Origin: Octopus sinensis
Taxonomy: Eukaryota
DNA: 64,000 nt
Direction: 5' to 3'
Assembly (NCBI RefSeq): GCF_006345805.1
Contig: NC_043006.1
Location: forward strand, 90,396,001-90,460,000
Part shown: one piece after another, positions 13,825 to 27,120 of the stretch
How the letters are laid out: each line of letters starts with the position of its first letter
Position numbering within the stretch: position 1 is the first letter of the stretch
Position numbers and translations under genes: made by a program
Notes under the pieces: generated by a model
Databases searched by the model: none
Told to the model about the DNA's origin: nothing
The model's input: only the letters and a program-made list of their open reading frames with translations

Positions 13825-14469
13825 TAACATTCATATCAGTCTTTGCATCACCACTTACCACACTCATTCCTCAACCTCTATTCTCTCCATCTGTTCATTC
13901 TTTTCACAATTCTTTGTTATGCAATGCCATTCAAATATTCTTTTATTTGATTTGCATTATATACACACTCACATCAGTCTGCTTGACATGTCCATCATCA
14001 TCTTCATCACCATCATCGTTAAACTGACCACCACCTCCACCACACAAGAACTGGTTTGTACATTCCCTTGAAGGTTTTCTTTTTACCAATAACAAAGCCT
14101 TCAAATATTTTCTCGGATAAACAGCTTCTAAAAACAATGTCCACTCCCTCTGCATGGGACCTTGAGCAAGTTTCTCCCACCTCAGTCCTAGGCTGACCAC
14201 TGCCCTGTGTATGGAGTTGGAAGCCTGTTTATACACACATGTATAATGTGTGTAACGGCAAAATCCATTTCATATCTTTTGCTTGTTTTAGTTACTGGAT
14301 GGGGACCAGGCTGGAGCAGCGCCTTCAAAAGCTTAGTCAAGTAAATTGATCCCTAGACTTATTTTTATAAAGTCTGTTATTTATTCTATCATTCTCCATT
14401 GCTGAACTGCTAAGTTACAGAGGCATAAACAGAGTGAGAGGGGAGGAGAACAAAGGAAACATTAAAATG

Positions 14470-14555
14470 CTTGATGCCAAATAAGTCAGTATTGAATCCA
14501 TGGCGCCAAATGGGCAACACCAGAATGGCTGTGCCAAAACGTCCCACACCCATGG
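14470..14555 (-). mobile_element. Possible DNA-transposon terminus with GCCAAA sub-repeats (MULE-like)
   Basis: gatgccaaa / ggcgccaaa / gtgccaaaacgtcccacaccc pattern; family assignment is inference. Confidence 0.3.
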
Positions 14556-15125
14556 TTGATGATAGTTCACTCTTTTGTTGATAATCTCTTAGTGTGCAGT
14601 TGGTAATGTTCTATTGTAAAATCCTCCCACATCCACATGGATGACATTAATCCTGTCTCTTATGTGATACAGAAGGTTATTGAAATGGCTTCAAATGTTG
14701 AAATGATTTTATGCTTTTTAATTCTGGATTTTAAATTATTTTGCTTCACTTAGATTGCTAATTCTCTTGAAAAACTTCCGAATTTATAGATTATTTATTT
14801 ATTTTATTTAATCCACTGAAAACACTTTCGTTTTCAGCATTATTGAATTTTAAAAAAACCAGTGGAGCAGGAAGAATGGTAGAATGTCAGAGTAAATGCT
14901 CTCAAATAATTTAGTTTCATTCCAACATATCCTGCTTTAAAATCTTGCTAAGGTTCACTTTGGTTTTTAAATCTTCATGTTTGATAAAATAGATACCAGT
15001 CAAGTACTGGGGGGAGGGGGTCAACATAATCAACGAGCACCTTCCCCTGAATTTTTACCCCATATATCTACAGTATCCTTTTATAATAATAAATAATGAT
15101 GATAATAATAATAATAATAATAATA

Positions 15126-15126
<1 letters not shown>

Positions 15127-15158
<32 letters not shown>

Positions 15159-16600
15159 GTTGCCTTTGCTTCTAACGCTGGAGATATACTACGGTGTCAG
15201 CTGTTCTCTACCGGTGAACTATGGTAACACCTTTTATTTTTTGAGCACCTTCCAGAGTATTCGAGTGGTTCCAAGCAGTGCTGTTTTCTGCAAGTACTCC
15301 ACCCTTATTGCAGCCCCTATTTGTTCCACATACTTCTCAAGATTTTTGCTCACTGTTCCCAGGGCTCTCGCAATTATTGGTACTACAGCTACCTTTTTCC
15401 TATTATCAATCTGATGGTCACACTGAATCATAAAATCCCATAGGATCTTTGCATTTCTATTTTCAACAATGCCTTCAGGTTTGTGGTCATACCAATTTTT
15501 TGCTCTGTCAAGTCCATACTTATCGCAAAGTGTTCAATGGACAAGCCTGGCTATATTGTCATGGCATCTCTTATATTCTTTCTGGACTAGTGGTGTACAT
15601 TGGCTGGTAATATGCCAAATGGTCTCACAGTTTTGTCCACAGATTCTGCACTTATCTGATGTGTTGTCTATTTTATGTAGTTTATTCTTAGTGCTTGCTC
15701 TTGGGCAGCACAAATTAGAACCTCCGTTTCCGGTTTTAAATCATTTTTAGTCATCCACAGCCATCTTTTTTCTGTGCCTGTCTTATCTTCAACATCCCTA
15801 TGAAATTGTCCGTGCATTCTTTTCTTTACCCACCTATTTTCAGTTTCATTCGTTTTCAAATGCTTGTACAGTGCTTTATCTTTGCAATCTTCCATCCTTC
15901 ACAAGCCTGTCCTTCCTAATTCTAATATTAGTGGTTCTGTGGCATTTTTTACATACCATGCTATGTTATTTTCTTCTGCTCTAATACTGTGTTCACATCC
16001 AATAAGTCATCTCGCCCCTTCTTTTTCATGGTACAATCAGTCTGTCACTTTTTGGTTGGAGTGACCCATATCTAGTTAGCAACTTCCTTGTCTTTCTGTC
16101 TAAGCTGTTTAGTTCATCTGCTGTCCATGCAATTACCCCTGCTCCATATCTAAGGAGTGAAACTGCCCAGGTGTTTATAGCTTCGATCTTATTCTTTCCA
16201 TTTAATTTCGACTTTAGGATCAGTCTCAGTCTACACAAGTACTTCACCTTAGAATTTTTTTGTCATTTCTTTCTCCATTATTTTATCCATTTCCAAAATC
16301 CCCAAGTACTTACAGCCTGTCTCTTCTACCTGCTTCATAACCTCCCACCCGACTGTATCGTTAGCCCGTCCATGCATTTCGTTTTGCCTCTCTTCTAGAC
16401 TAACACACCATATTTTCTCAGTCCAAACTCCATTCTGATATCAGCACTGTATCAACGAGAGAACTGACTTGGGTTTCATCTTTACCATAAAGTTTGAGGT
16501 CATCCATGAATAACAAATAGTTGACTTTGTGTTGGTGGCTTTTGAATACATACCCAGCTTTTGCTTTCCACAGAATCAGTGTCAGTTGGGCAGAATCTGT
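15127..16600 (-). mobile_element. 5'-truncated R4/Dong-like (RLE-type) non-LTR retrotransposon with (TAA)n tail
   Basis: LLFMDDLKLYGK (RT), KLNGKNKIEAINTWAVSLLRY, MHGQFHRD...LKPETEVLICAAQEQAL, ALGTVSKNLEKY...LQKTALLGTTRIL; frameshifts present. Confidence 0.9.
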
Positions 16601-17779
16601 AAGAAATAGGTTGTTGTTTCAAGCAGGTGCTTCTTATTCCATTGGTCTTTAAAGAGATAGTTTATCATATAGTTTGGAAGTAGGGTAGTATCCTTGATCA
16701 TTTAAAGACTTTCTAAGACTGGTTGGAAGAAGTGGGGGGGGGGGCGGTTAGCCTCCATCAAAGACATCATTCAAATTTTTGTGACAGAGTGAATCTTGTT
16801 AAAGGCACCCAAGGACCAAGTGACAGTAGACTTTAAACCATACCACAGATCAAGATCACAATCTTGGACTGCTATTTTATTCATTGACCCCACAAAAAAA
16901 TAATGGTTGACTTCAGCAGGATTAGAACTCAGAACACAATGCACTAGAATAAATAATAAATGCTATAAGGCATTTTGTCCAACACTGTAATGGTTCTGCC
17001 AGTTCACCATAAACCCATTGCTTATTTCATTTTCCTCCTTTTCTTTTTTCTTTTTCTTAACACTGTATTATCTGAGGGAGATTTGGCTGGTGTTTCCAGC
17101 TGACTGGGTAACTGGATAGAATTTCCTCTATTAAACCAGCTCATTTACAGTTAATGAAGTAAATTGCAGCCACACACTGGAAATGATTCAATTGACAATA
17201 TATCGCTACTCTACCCACTGACACTTTCCTAATTCGTGACCCTCAATCAATGTAAGAAATCCTTCTCACTGGATTTCTTTCCACTTTCCAACTTTGGTTT
17301 TTGGAACTGATTAATTGTAAAATCCATAAAAATATCTTATTGTTTTTACTTGTTTTATGTTTTTATACATTCGCTGTTGATTTTTTCTCTAAAACATCTT
17401 AATTGTTTAATGATTTTGTTTAAAACGATTCTCCAATTTAATGCCTTCTTTATTTTATTTATTCTGCTTTTTTTTTTTGTTTTTTAAATTTTATAACCTA
17501 TAACTGGATATTGAGATAATTTTCATCTTTTAGGATGAAGCTTCTAGCAATGTGATGCACAGGAAAGTTCGTTAATTAGATTTTAATGTCTGATGAAGAT
17601 TTTAAAGTTTTAAATTTGAAATAAATTTGACAATAAACTTCTGTCTCTTTGACGTTGAAGAAATTTTCCTAGGAAAAGTAAAACTATGATTAATATGGAA
17701 TCCAAAAGAAAATGTCTGTAAAGTGTGAAGAACATAACGAACGTGATTCTTTATTGGTGAGTGTGCCTGTGAGCAATGA

Positions 17780-18300
17780 TTGTGGGCAAGTTGTATGCGT
17801 GTGTGTGTGTGTGTGTGTAATGTAGGTATGTATTTGGGTGTATGCATGTGATTTCTATATATTTGTGTGTGCGTGTATGTGTTTCATTTGTGTTTGTGTG
17901 TATGTAACTTGATTATGTGTCTGTGTGTGATTCGTGGATATATGTGCGCATTTGTGTGTGTACTTTATCTACATGTGTGTAAGTGTATTATATGAGTGTG
18001 TGTGTAATTTATGTGCTTTGTGTTGATATATATATATAATTTGTGTGTCTGTATGTGTATTTAATTAATGTGTATAAGTATTTTGTACATAGCTGTGTGT
18101 ATTTATATGTGGTTATCTATAATTTATGTATGTGTATGTTAATGTAATTTGTCTGTATTTGTGTGCATATATATGTAATATGTATGTGTGTGTATAAGAT
18201 TTGTGAATGTATGTGTGTATAGATATATACACATGTGCATATGTATTTTGTTTATCTGAGTGTACATGTATATATGCATAACTGGTGCGTGTGTGTGTGT
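17780..18300. repeat. Cryptic (GT)/(AT) low-complexity tract
   Basis: Direct inspection. Confidence 0.8.
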
Positions 18301-19739
18301 GTTCTTTTACTTGGAATTCCAAACTTCTCTTCCTAACAATATCAGTATTTGTCAAGATTGATCATTTAATGGTGAAACAAAACAAAAATAATTTGCCAGA
18401 GGAGGTAGCAGAAAAGAGAACCATTCCATCTGTTTACGTATCAACTATGGGCATGTCCCTCAAGACATTTTAGTTTTCATTAAACATTCCCTTACAATTT
18501 TACCATTTTCATAACAGAACTTATTGGATTTCAAATATAATTTGTTTAATGCTCAAATTCATTGAAACTTTGGAGGACTCTTAATTAATTTAGTTGCTGA
18601 TGTTATGAAAAGAATCTATTTGTTTAAAGCTAGTTCTTGGTTTAAATAGATAGAATAATAGATAGAGATGATATTGGAAGGAATATTATTATTTGTGATA
18701 GAGTATTCAATTCTAAGAAAGAAGAATTGCTAACTTGCTTCTAATCACTATTCTGATTTTGTCTTTTAAAAAAGTGTCCAGTGTTTGGTGAGGTAGAATT
18801 CTGTATAAGTTATTTGTGTCATGCTCCTGAGCACATTGTTGAGCTTGCCTCACTCTACCTGGCTGATAAAACAGACTCTGCTTCTATTTCATTGTTGTGT
18901 GTTTAGTGACAGGAAGTGTGTCTTCATGTGAAAAAAATGGTCCTTTCAAATTTTGGCAAAAGTCACTGACTACATCGATCCCAGTGCTCAGCTGATATAT
19001 TCTTTGTGAACCCCAGAATTACGATAGACAAAGTTGACCTAAGTTGCATTTGAACTAAGAACATAATGAACCAGAAGAAATAATAGCAATTGCATGAACA
19101 AAGACCCTCCTAGTTAAGTGAATGTTGAAGACCATAGTATGAGAGTTGAACTGGCAAACCCATCAGGACACCAAACCAAATGAGGTATTTCCCCTGACTC
19201 TCTGCATTCTTAGTTCAAATCACACTATGCTCAACTTTGCCTTTCACTCTTCAAACATTCAGAAATGAGTTACTAGTCTATGATGGATTGGTTAGTAGAA
19301 TCTTTAGAGAATTGGATCAGTTAACTTGTAGGATATATTCTGTCTGTATTCTGAGTTCAAATCACTCTGAGAACAGCTTTGTTTTTCATCTGTTGGGAGT
19401 TGAGGAATAAAGTAGCAGTCTAGGATGAGCGATTGGTCAAAATGTTAAAGCATCAACCAAGATGCCTTACATTATTTGTTCTGGTAGAATTGTTACCAGA
19501 CAAAATTCTTAGTTGCATTTCTTCTGGCATTTTATGTTCTGGGTTCAAATGCCACTGGGTTTGAATTTCTCTTTCATTCTTTCTTGTCCAATTAAATGAG
19601 TACCAGCTGATCACTGGGGTCAATGTAATCAACTAACCCCCACCTTTGCAGTTGCTGACTTTGTACCAAAATTTGAATCATCTCCTTTTTTGTGGTTTAA
19701 AATTCAAATGTTGTTGTAACCTGTTTGCATGATAGACTT

Positions 19740-19960
19740 AATGTGCTTCAACAACACCATCAAGTCAGTGGGTCCTGCTCAGTTTCAAGCACTCTGGCCT
19801 GGACTTCTGGTTTACAGGTATTCTCCTTCCTGTGTTTCTTCCAGTAATCTTAGGTGCCATGAAAAGAAGCACTACATACTGCCATTCCCTTTAATCTATG
19901 CAATAAAGAAAGACTTAATCTGTTACCCTGTTTAACATTAACACTGACCCCTGTGCACTT
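19740..19960 (-). mobile_element. Highly degraded RTE ORF2 remnant
   Basis: EVQARVLETEQDPLT*WCC resembles the post-RT LERTEMRMLRWMCG motif. Confidence 0.4.
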
Positions 19961-21262
19961 TTTGTGGCATCACCAAACCGAGGGTAGCTCCACCTCTTCA
20001 TATGCTGCTTTCTATTATTTCCTTGCTTTGCCTTTTTTAATCAAGGGTTCCTACCCTTTCCCCACTTCAATTAAGCCACACATTTTCTCTAAGCTGTGAC
20101 CCACTTTCGTGTCACGTATAGGCTGCAGGTGTGCCATGTGTCTTAGAGGTGAGTCAGAAAACACCAGAAGTTGAGGGTTTTTAACCAACACAAAACGTGT
20201 GTGTGTGTGCATGTGTGTATGTGTTTGTGCACATGTGTGCATGCATGCATTTGTATATGTATATATCTGTGCATGAATATGTGTGTGTGTATTAATCCTC
20301 TACAAAATATTAATATGCACTCTACTAAAATGTATTGAGTATTCAGTTTAATGTTAAACTGTTTTTGTATATAAGTTGACATAAAAACAATATAATGGAC
20401 TCTTCCATTGAAGATGGCGCATGAGTGTCCAGCTTTTGCCGAACACCCTGCACAAAGGATTTCTTTATAGTGATCCAATGTATGTGCAGTGCATCAGCTC
20501 ACACTCTCTATTAAATCAAGGTTGCCTGAACAGGTGCCCAGTGTACTACATGCCAGATGATGAAGTGACCACAGGGTTACATGAGATGAAGTGTTTTGCT
20601 CCAGAATACAACACATCACCTGGTCCAGGAATTGAAACCATGATCTCACAATTGTGAGTGCAACACCCTAACCACTAGGCAATGCATCCCCACACACATG
20701 CACACATATATATAAAAAGGTTGTTTGCAAAACACTTAACCGTATAGGCAACTTGCCAGACTCAAATGGCCAGAGGCACATAACCTCTCTACAACTGGAG
20801 CAAAGAATATATAATAGTTTGTTAATTTTGTAAGCAAAAAATTCCTGTTATGAACTTCTACTGGTAAGCTTTCAGGCAGGTGAGGTTCTCCCCCGTCATC
20901 AATTTCAGGTGTGTCCATAATGGTTTTCAAAGTTGGTAGTGTGTTCTTATTTGGCAAGTGGAGAATTCCATATTTGCAGCAGGAATCTTCTCTGATGTGG
21001 GCATTGATTAAACATCTCTTTTTTGAAGTTTAAAAAGATCCCAAGAGCAAGGGAAATTTTGAGGGTCCTTGTTTTCCTAGCCAAGCAAAGCTTATGATAT
21101 TTGCTCCCTCAAAGACTTCGAAGCAGCCCTAGTGAGCATTATTCTTAAACTGGGCTTCGTTTGGTTTTCTAGTTTCTTTCTGATTTTCAATTGCTAAAAG
21201 ACTTGGATAGTGCCTTACTCTTCTCCGCTAAAAACATAACCTGTATAGGATAGACACATGTA

Positions 21263-22553
21263 CGAGGGACGTTCAATAAGTAATGCCCCTAATCCACTTG
21301 CAGTTGTTTGATCTAGCTGAAATTTTGCATGTGCAATTATTGATATCTCTATAGATTAAGTGGCAAATTACAGCTCCGAACTAATTGTGGTTTCTGATTT
21401 ACAGGTGTTTGAACTGAGTCAAGTGTGAAATGGAGCCTGTTGAGTGTCGAGCAGTGATCCGGTTTTGGTATTTGAAAGGACGCACACCACGGGAGACTTT
21501 TGATGAAATGAAAGTAACTTATGGTGATGATGCCCCATCATATGACCTTGTAAAACGCTGGCATCGTGAATTCAAACATGGTTGGAACTCTGTGGAAACA
21601 GCTCCCAGATCTGGTCACCCCCCTTCTGCCATTGATGAGGCATCTGTCCGTCAAGTCGAGGCTGCCATTTTGGAAGATCGACGCATAACTATTCGCCAAA
21701 TAGCCCATGAGGTCAAGATTAATACCGGGTCTGTGGAAACTATCATTCATGACCATTTGCATCTGCAAAAGGTGTCTGCCAGATGGATTCCCAGGTTGCT
21801 CACACCTTTCAAGAAGCAAGAACGCATTGAGTGCTCGAGGATGAATTTGGAGATGTGCCAAGGAGATGAGTCAAAATTTTTCAAAAGACTGATTACACAG
21901 GATGAAACCTGGGTCCATCACTATGATCCAGAGACCAAAGCCCAGTCAATGCAGTGGAAGCACCATGACTTACCTCCTCCAAAGAAGGCAAGGCTGCAGC
22001 CTTCCGCTGGCAAGGTCATGCTCACAGTCTTCTGGGACCAGGACTGAGTAGTGATGACAGATTTCCTGGCAAAGGGTACCACAATTGCAGGAGCCTATTT
22101 GCTTCACTTTTGAGGAAATTAAGAGAAGCTATCAAAATCAAGAGGCGGGGCAAGATCAGCAAAGGCATCCTCCTCCTGCAGGACAATGCTCCAGTCCACA
22201 ACTTGCGTGTCGCCAGATCAGAAGCACAGGCATGCGGCTATGAACCCCCCACCCATTCCCCTACTCTCCTGACCTTGCACCCTCTGATTTTCACCTCTTC
22301 CCAGCCATGAAGTTGTTTTTGAAAGAAAAGCGTTTCCCAGATGATGCAGGCTTGATTTCTGAAGTCACGTCATGGTTGGAGGACCAAGCTGGGGTCTTCT
22401 ACAAAAACGGTCTCCAGAGCTGTATCAAACGATGGGAGAAATGCATAACTCTGGGTGGTTCCTATGTAGAAAAAGACTAATAACTGAGCCAAGTTTCGTT
22501 GCTCTACTGCTATGGGAAGTGGGTCAGGGGCATTACTTATTGAACGCCCCTCA
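21263..22553 (+). mobile_element. Full-length mariner (DD34D) element, 1291 bp
   Basis: 28-bp TIRs (cgagggacgttcaataagtaatgcccct / aggggcattacttattgaacgcccctca, 2 mismatches), TA on both sides. Confidence 0.97.
21430..22480 (+). pseudogene. Mariner transposase, inactivated by one stop (22045-22047) and two 1-nt frameshifts (about 22098, 22250)
   Basis: WIPRLL, ITQDETWVHHY, LLQDNAPVH and YSPDLAPSDFHLF motifs; D-34-D spacing once the frameshift is repaired. Confidence 0.95.
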
Positions 22554-22679
22554 TATATGCAATGGGCTTTTAGAGGATAGCATCACACAGAAGTATGGAT
22601 ACGCTTCCCCACATCTGTACAATAGCATTAACAGGGAAGCCAAACAGTCAAAAGTTCAGGTATAGCAGATTGAGTACAA

Positions 22680-23065
22680 GTGTTAACCAAGGGGAATACC
22701 TTTATCAGCATCAAGGACCAGAAAGCAAACATTGCCCCTAACCCCTAATGCCTCCTGATTAACCTGCTTCAACCAGAAATCAGTGTGGCTGCAAACATAT
22801 ACAAAGAAAAAATCAATGGCAACATAAGGGGTGCATTCAATCTCTCCTTATGGTTTCCTGGTTTAAAGCCAACCAGATTAGTGGCAGGGCAAGGTTCACC
22901 CAGTTTGGTAAAGTGGAATTTGATATGTCTATATTGAAAGGGTTACTAGTTAAAGCACGTATGTTTGCTGAGAATTCCACTGATACTAGTGATAGGGACA
23001 TAGACGTAATCATGCATGCTAGGAAAACACAGCTGTTCAATAAACGGGTCTTTGGTTTGAAGCTA
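22680..23065 (+). mobile_element. Penelope-like element RT fragment (Naiad/Neptune-like)
   Basis: TFISIKDQK...SWFKANQISGRARFTQFGKVEF...DRDIDVIMHARKTQLFN matches the PLE RT pattern FITLKDHK...WF...FIQFDIVEFYPSI...DIIMHARKSLLF. Confidence 0.75.
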
Positions 23066-24439
23066 ATTTCATCCCTTTCTTCCCATCAGTCTCAGGGACC
23101 CTAAAAAAGTAAGTGCTGCCCTTTCCTTTTTGACCACAAGGTTGAAAACACATACACACATGCACAAGTTATCAAGGTGTTTGTTTGTTAAACAGAAAGG
23201 GTTGTTACATAGAACCCTTTCTGTTTTAAAATGATTGAATGAAAGAAATTTCTAAAAACTCATAGCATGCCATAATGCTTCTGAAATCTTATTCATTGAT
23301 CCCTGAACAGAAGAAGGTTGAAAATTGCTGGCTGTACCCCGCAAAAAGATGAGCTCTGTAGGGGTCTAAGATTGATAAGCTGTGTTCGTTTCTTTATATC
23401 CCCCATAAGTCAGCTGCTCAGGAAAAGAGACTGATAGAATAACTACCAATACTGGTTATAAAGCAGTGGTGGGGGGTACGCACACACACACGTACACACA
23501 CACGTACACACACAGGATGGCCTTCAAAAACTTTTTTCTCATATTCATATAGAAGACACTAGTTGGCCTAGGGCTATATAGTAAAATGCATTTGTCCAAG
23601 TTATGGTGCAGTGAAATTGAACCCACAACTCCTTGGTTGCAAAGTGAGCTCCTTTACTGCACAGCCATACTTGCATTGATATTTTGATAAAGTTAAGATT
23701 CTTAAAATACAGACTTTGATACTTTATCCATTTACTGTTATTGTTGTTGTTGTTCTCCTTCTGAACGCCATCCATTTATTGCCTTCCCACTATTTTACCT
23801 CAGATTACATTACACAATTTATGTGTTTGTTTTCGTTTAAGATGTTAGGGTGCCATTTGTGATACATTTTGCTGCTATTTTTAGCAAGCTGAACGACCAT
23901 GTACTGGCTCCCATGCTGGCTTGGTCTTATTTAGTTGTAAGGTAATGTATCCTCAATCACCACTAATAATATTCCATCATTCATAATTCTAATCCTTCAC
24001 CTGATTCATAAATATCTTCTCGCAGTATAACATTACTGTTCAACACAGGCTGCCAAGCTCTTTTCTCTCTTCCATTTCTACTTCGACTTTCTTAGCAGCT
24101 GCTCTTCACAATACTCAAGTACAACTTAGCTACTTAGGTGTCATCCTTCACTTCAAACCAAACCATGCATTTTATCTGCTGCATATCACACTCTACAAGG
24201 ATTCTCCTCTACAATGTGCCAACCACAATTCTAGAAAGACATTAATTACTGCACAATCTCTCTCTTGCCTTTATCTTCCTCCAGCTATGGTTTCTGTGAT
24301 TCTCTTCTCTGTTTAAATGAAAGTGTGTTCATAAAATATTTCATTTTCAAACTGAGATTATTTTCTTCTGATGAGTTTATTAAAGAACTGGATTCCTTTA
24401 AACACCAAACACACACACACACACACACACACACGTGAT

Positions 24440-24960
24440 GTATATAGGTTCAGGAATGGCTGTGTGGTTTATGATGTTTGTTTCACAACCCCATGGTCTC
24501 AGTATCACTCCCATACCAGGGCATCTTGGGCTAATCTCTTTCCCATGGCCTTGACAATCACCAAAACCTTGTGAGCAAATTTAGAATTTAAGTGGCAGAA
24601 GAAACCATGCAGAAGTCCTTTGTGGGTGTGTATGTGGTGTAAGCCCAATATGGTCAAACAGTCAAGAAGTTCATTTTGCAATGACAAAGCCTCTGGTTCA
24701 ATCCTATTGCTCAGCATATTGTGCTAACTTCATTTTCTTTAGGCTCGAGTTAATATCTGCCTCATAAGTGAAATATGATTGATGGAAACTGTACAGAAGC
24801 CTGTCAGATTGTTTGTAAAAGAAGCACAGCCTTGCCACAATCTGTTTCATACACTGAATCTGTCTGAGAATTCCATACAGGGGACACCAAGTATTAGAGG
24901 AATATTCTGCCACTTACACATTAATTGAAGAACAATAATTTTACAGAATTGAATAAAACT
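24440..24960 (+). mobile_element. SINE family A-related degraded copies
   Basis: ggctgtgtggt head, gggcatcttgggc, gaaactgtacagaagcc core. Confidence 0.65.
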
Positions 24961-26789
24961 GAATCACAATCATTGAACGATGGGAAACCATTCAGTCATG
25001 CATCCACACACACACACGTGTGTGTGTGTGTTTACATATGTGCATGTATTTATATCTCCTTGTTTTGATATTGCATGTGAATAAGTGCCACCATCGTACA
25101 AGTGGTGTCGTATGTTTGCAATTGTCCATGATAACATGTCTGGCCTTGGGAGGTGTATTACTTTGCTTAGAAACAGTTGAGGGTTTGCAACAGGAAAGGC
25201 ATCCAGTCATAGACACCCTTCCTCAGTAGATTTCATCTGATCCATGCAAGCAAGGAAAAGTAGATGTTGGCATAATGGTGGTGGTGTTGGTGGTGGCAGT
25301 GATATATTTGCTATTTAAATACAAGTAAATACCATTCATAATTATTTGTAAATATAAGAAAACAAACTCTATTGTGTCAGTTGAAAGAAACTTGTTTCTT
25401 TTTTTCTTTCTTTTTTTTTTCTTCATTAACAAAAAACTGAAACTGCAATCGGCTGTGAATAACAGAAAAGTCTTCTGTTTGAAATCTAATCCTACTTGAG
25501 ACTGAACTAGCTGCCACATCGTACAATACTTTAACCCTGTCACAGACAGTGTCTCAATGGAAATCATTCTATGAGCAGAGGTGGAACAAATGATTCCCAT
25601 GCCAACAAGCTACTAGAATTCAGTTAAATGCAAAAAAAAAAAAAAAAGAAAAGAAAAAAAGATTATGAGTCATCAAGAGTTTAGTTGCATAAAGATGTAG
25701 GTTTTCATTTTATCATAGTCATTATTATTATTATTTCCAGCAGTCACCATGCTGCAATTTAGCATGAGTTAATACAGCAATGATAATATTAAGAAAATAT
25801 TATCTCTCTCTCTCTCTCCAACTTCTTAATATTTATTTCTTTTTTCTTATCTAAATACCTCACAATGTTCAGAAAGCTAAATAGATCTGCCAGTATTTTT
25901 CTTGCTGTAATTTAAACTCTGCTCACTTCATTGCTAACAACTGCTGTAACCTGCAAATGTTTGCTTCTTCATGGAATTTCGTTAGCTGCATTGTGACTGA
26001 GTACCGTGTAATCTATTTGTTTTTATTGTATTTATGTCTCTCTTTCTGACAAGCCATTTTACTGTATTTTGGTGACATGGTTGCTAAGTCGAAGAGAATT
26101 TCCTGGTGATATGTGCCATTCATTTATGTTTCACTTTTATTGCAAACATCTCTAGACAATGTCCCCGAGAGATAATATCTATTGCCAGAAAGTTATCTCT
26201 TACTATTCTTTGTTATTATTATTATTATTATTATCATCATTATTGTTATTATTATTGTTATTAATTTTTTATTATTATGCTTTTTTTGTTTATGTTTTTT
26301 TTCCAGTACAGCTCCCCCTCCATATGCATAGCTTTGAGGAATTAATATTTGGACAGCAACTCAGATAGAGATAAATACAATTCAGTTATAATGTCATCGC
26401 CTATATTTGTCTGTCTTGCACAAATATTTATTAATATATGATGAAATATATCTGAAACAGGAATCTATTATTATATATAAGAACTTCAAAAGCATACCTA
26501 TTCTTTTAATATTGGATGGTTTGCTTGCAGTAAATATCTAATTTAATTGCAGCAATAGACTATCTGTGTGTGTGTGTAGTCTTTTTATATACATCTTCCT
26601 GTTGTATGCATTTTATATATTAACATATTGGCAAGGATTTTTGCTTGTGAGGAAATGAATGATTATCCTTGTCTGAACATCTTACTGTATCTGTTGCACT
26701 TAAACACACAAAGACATGTATACCAGAAAGAAGTAATTTTACTCTGGAAATATTAAAAAGAAAAAAAAAACGGCCAACAAACATCAGGA

Positions 26790-27120
26790 AGCAATTGGTG
26801 AGTTGCTGTACGTTTCGATATCAAGCACACGCTGTCATATCACAATGTTCTGGTATCTCATGGATTCGTCATTTCAAGTTTTTCAAAGCGAACAAGGTTA
26901 GTCTTCTTTACGGATGTGAAGAGTCTGTGGGACTGAAACCTGGATTATGAAGGAGTTTTAAGTTCACCAGGATTCTCACAACAACTTAAAACATCTGAGA
27001 GCAAGAACACAAGACTAAAGATGAAACTCGAGGTCACATTCCTCCTTGTGCTTTAATGTTGCTCAACGCAGGTAGACTTTGCCAGTGATTGCTATCATGC
27101 AGAAGAAAAAGCCATATGAT
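26790..27120 (+). mobile_element. Degraded RTE ORF2 C-terminal remnant
   Basis: FFKANKVSLLYGCE motif (LLYGxETW type) and a downstream FAxxCYxA-like motif. Confidence 0.5.

Noticed and set aside
20736-21200. Long minus-strand frame with few stops
   Set aside because: No recognisable domain and no splice signals
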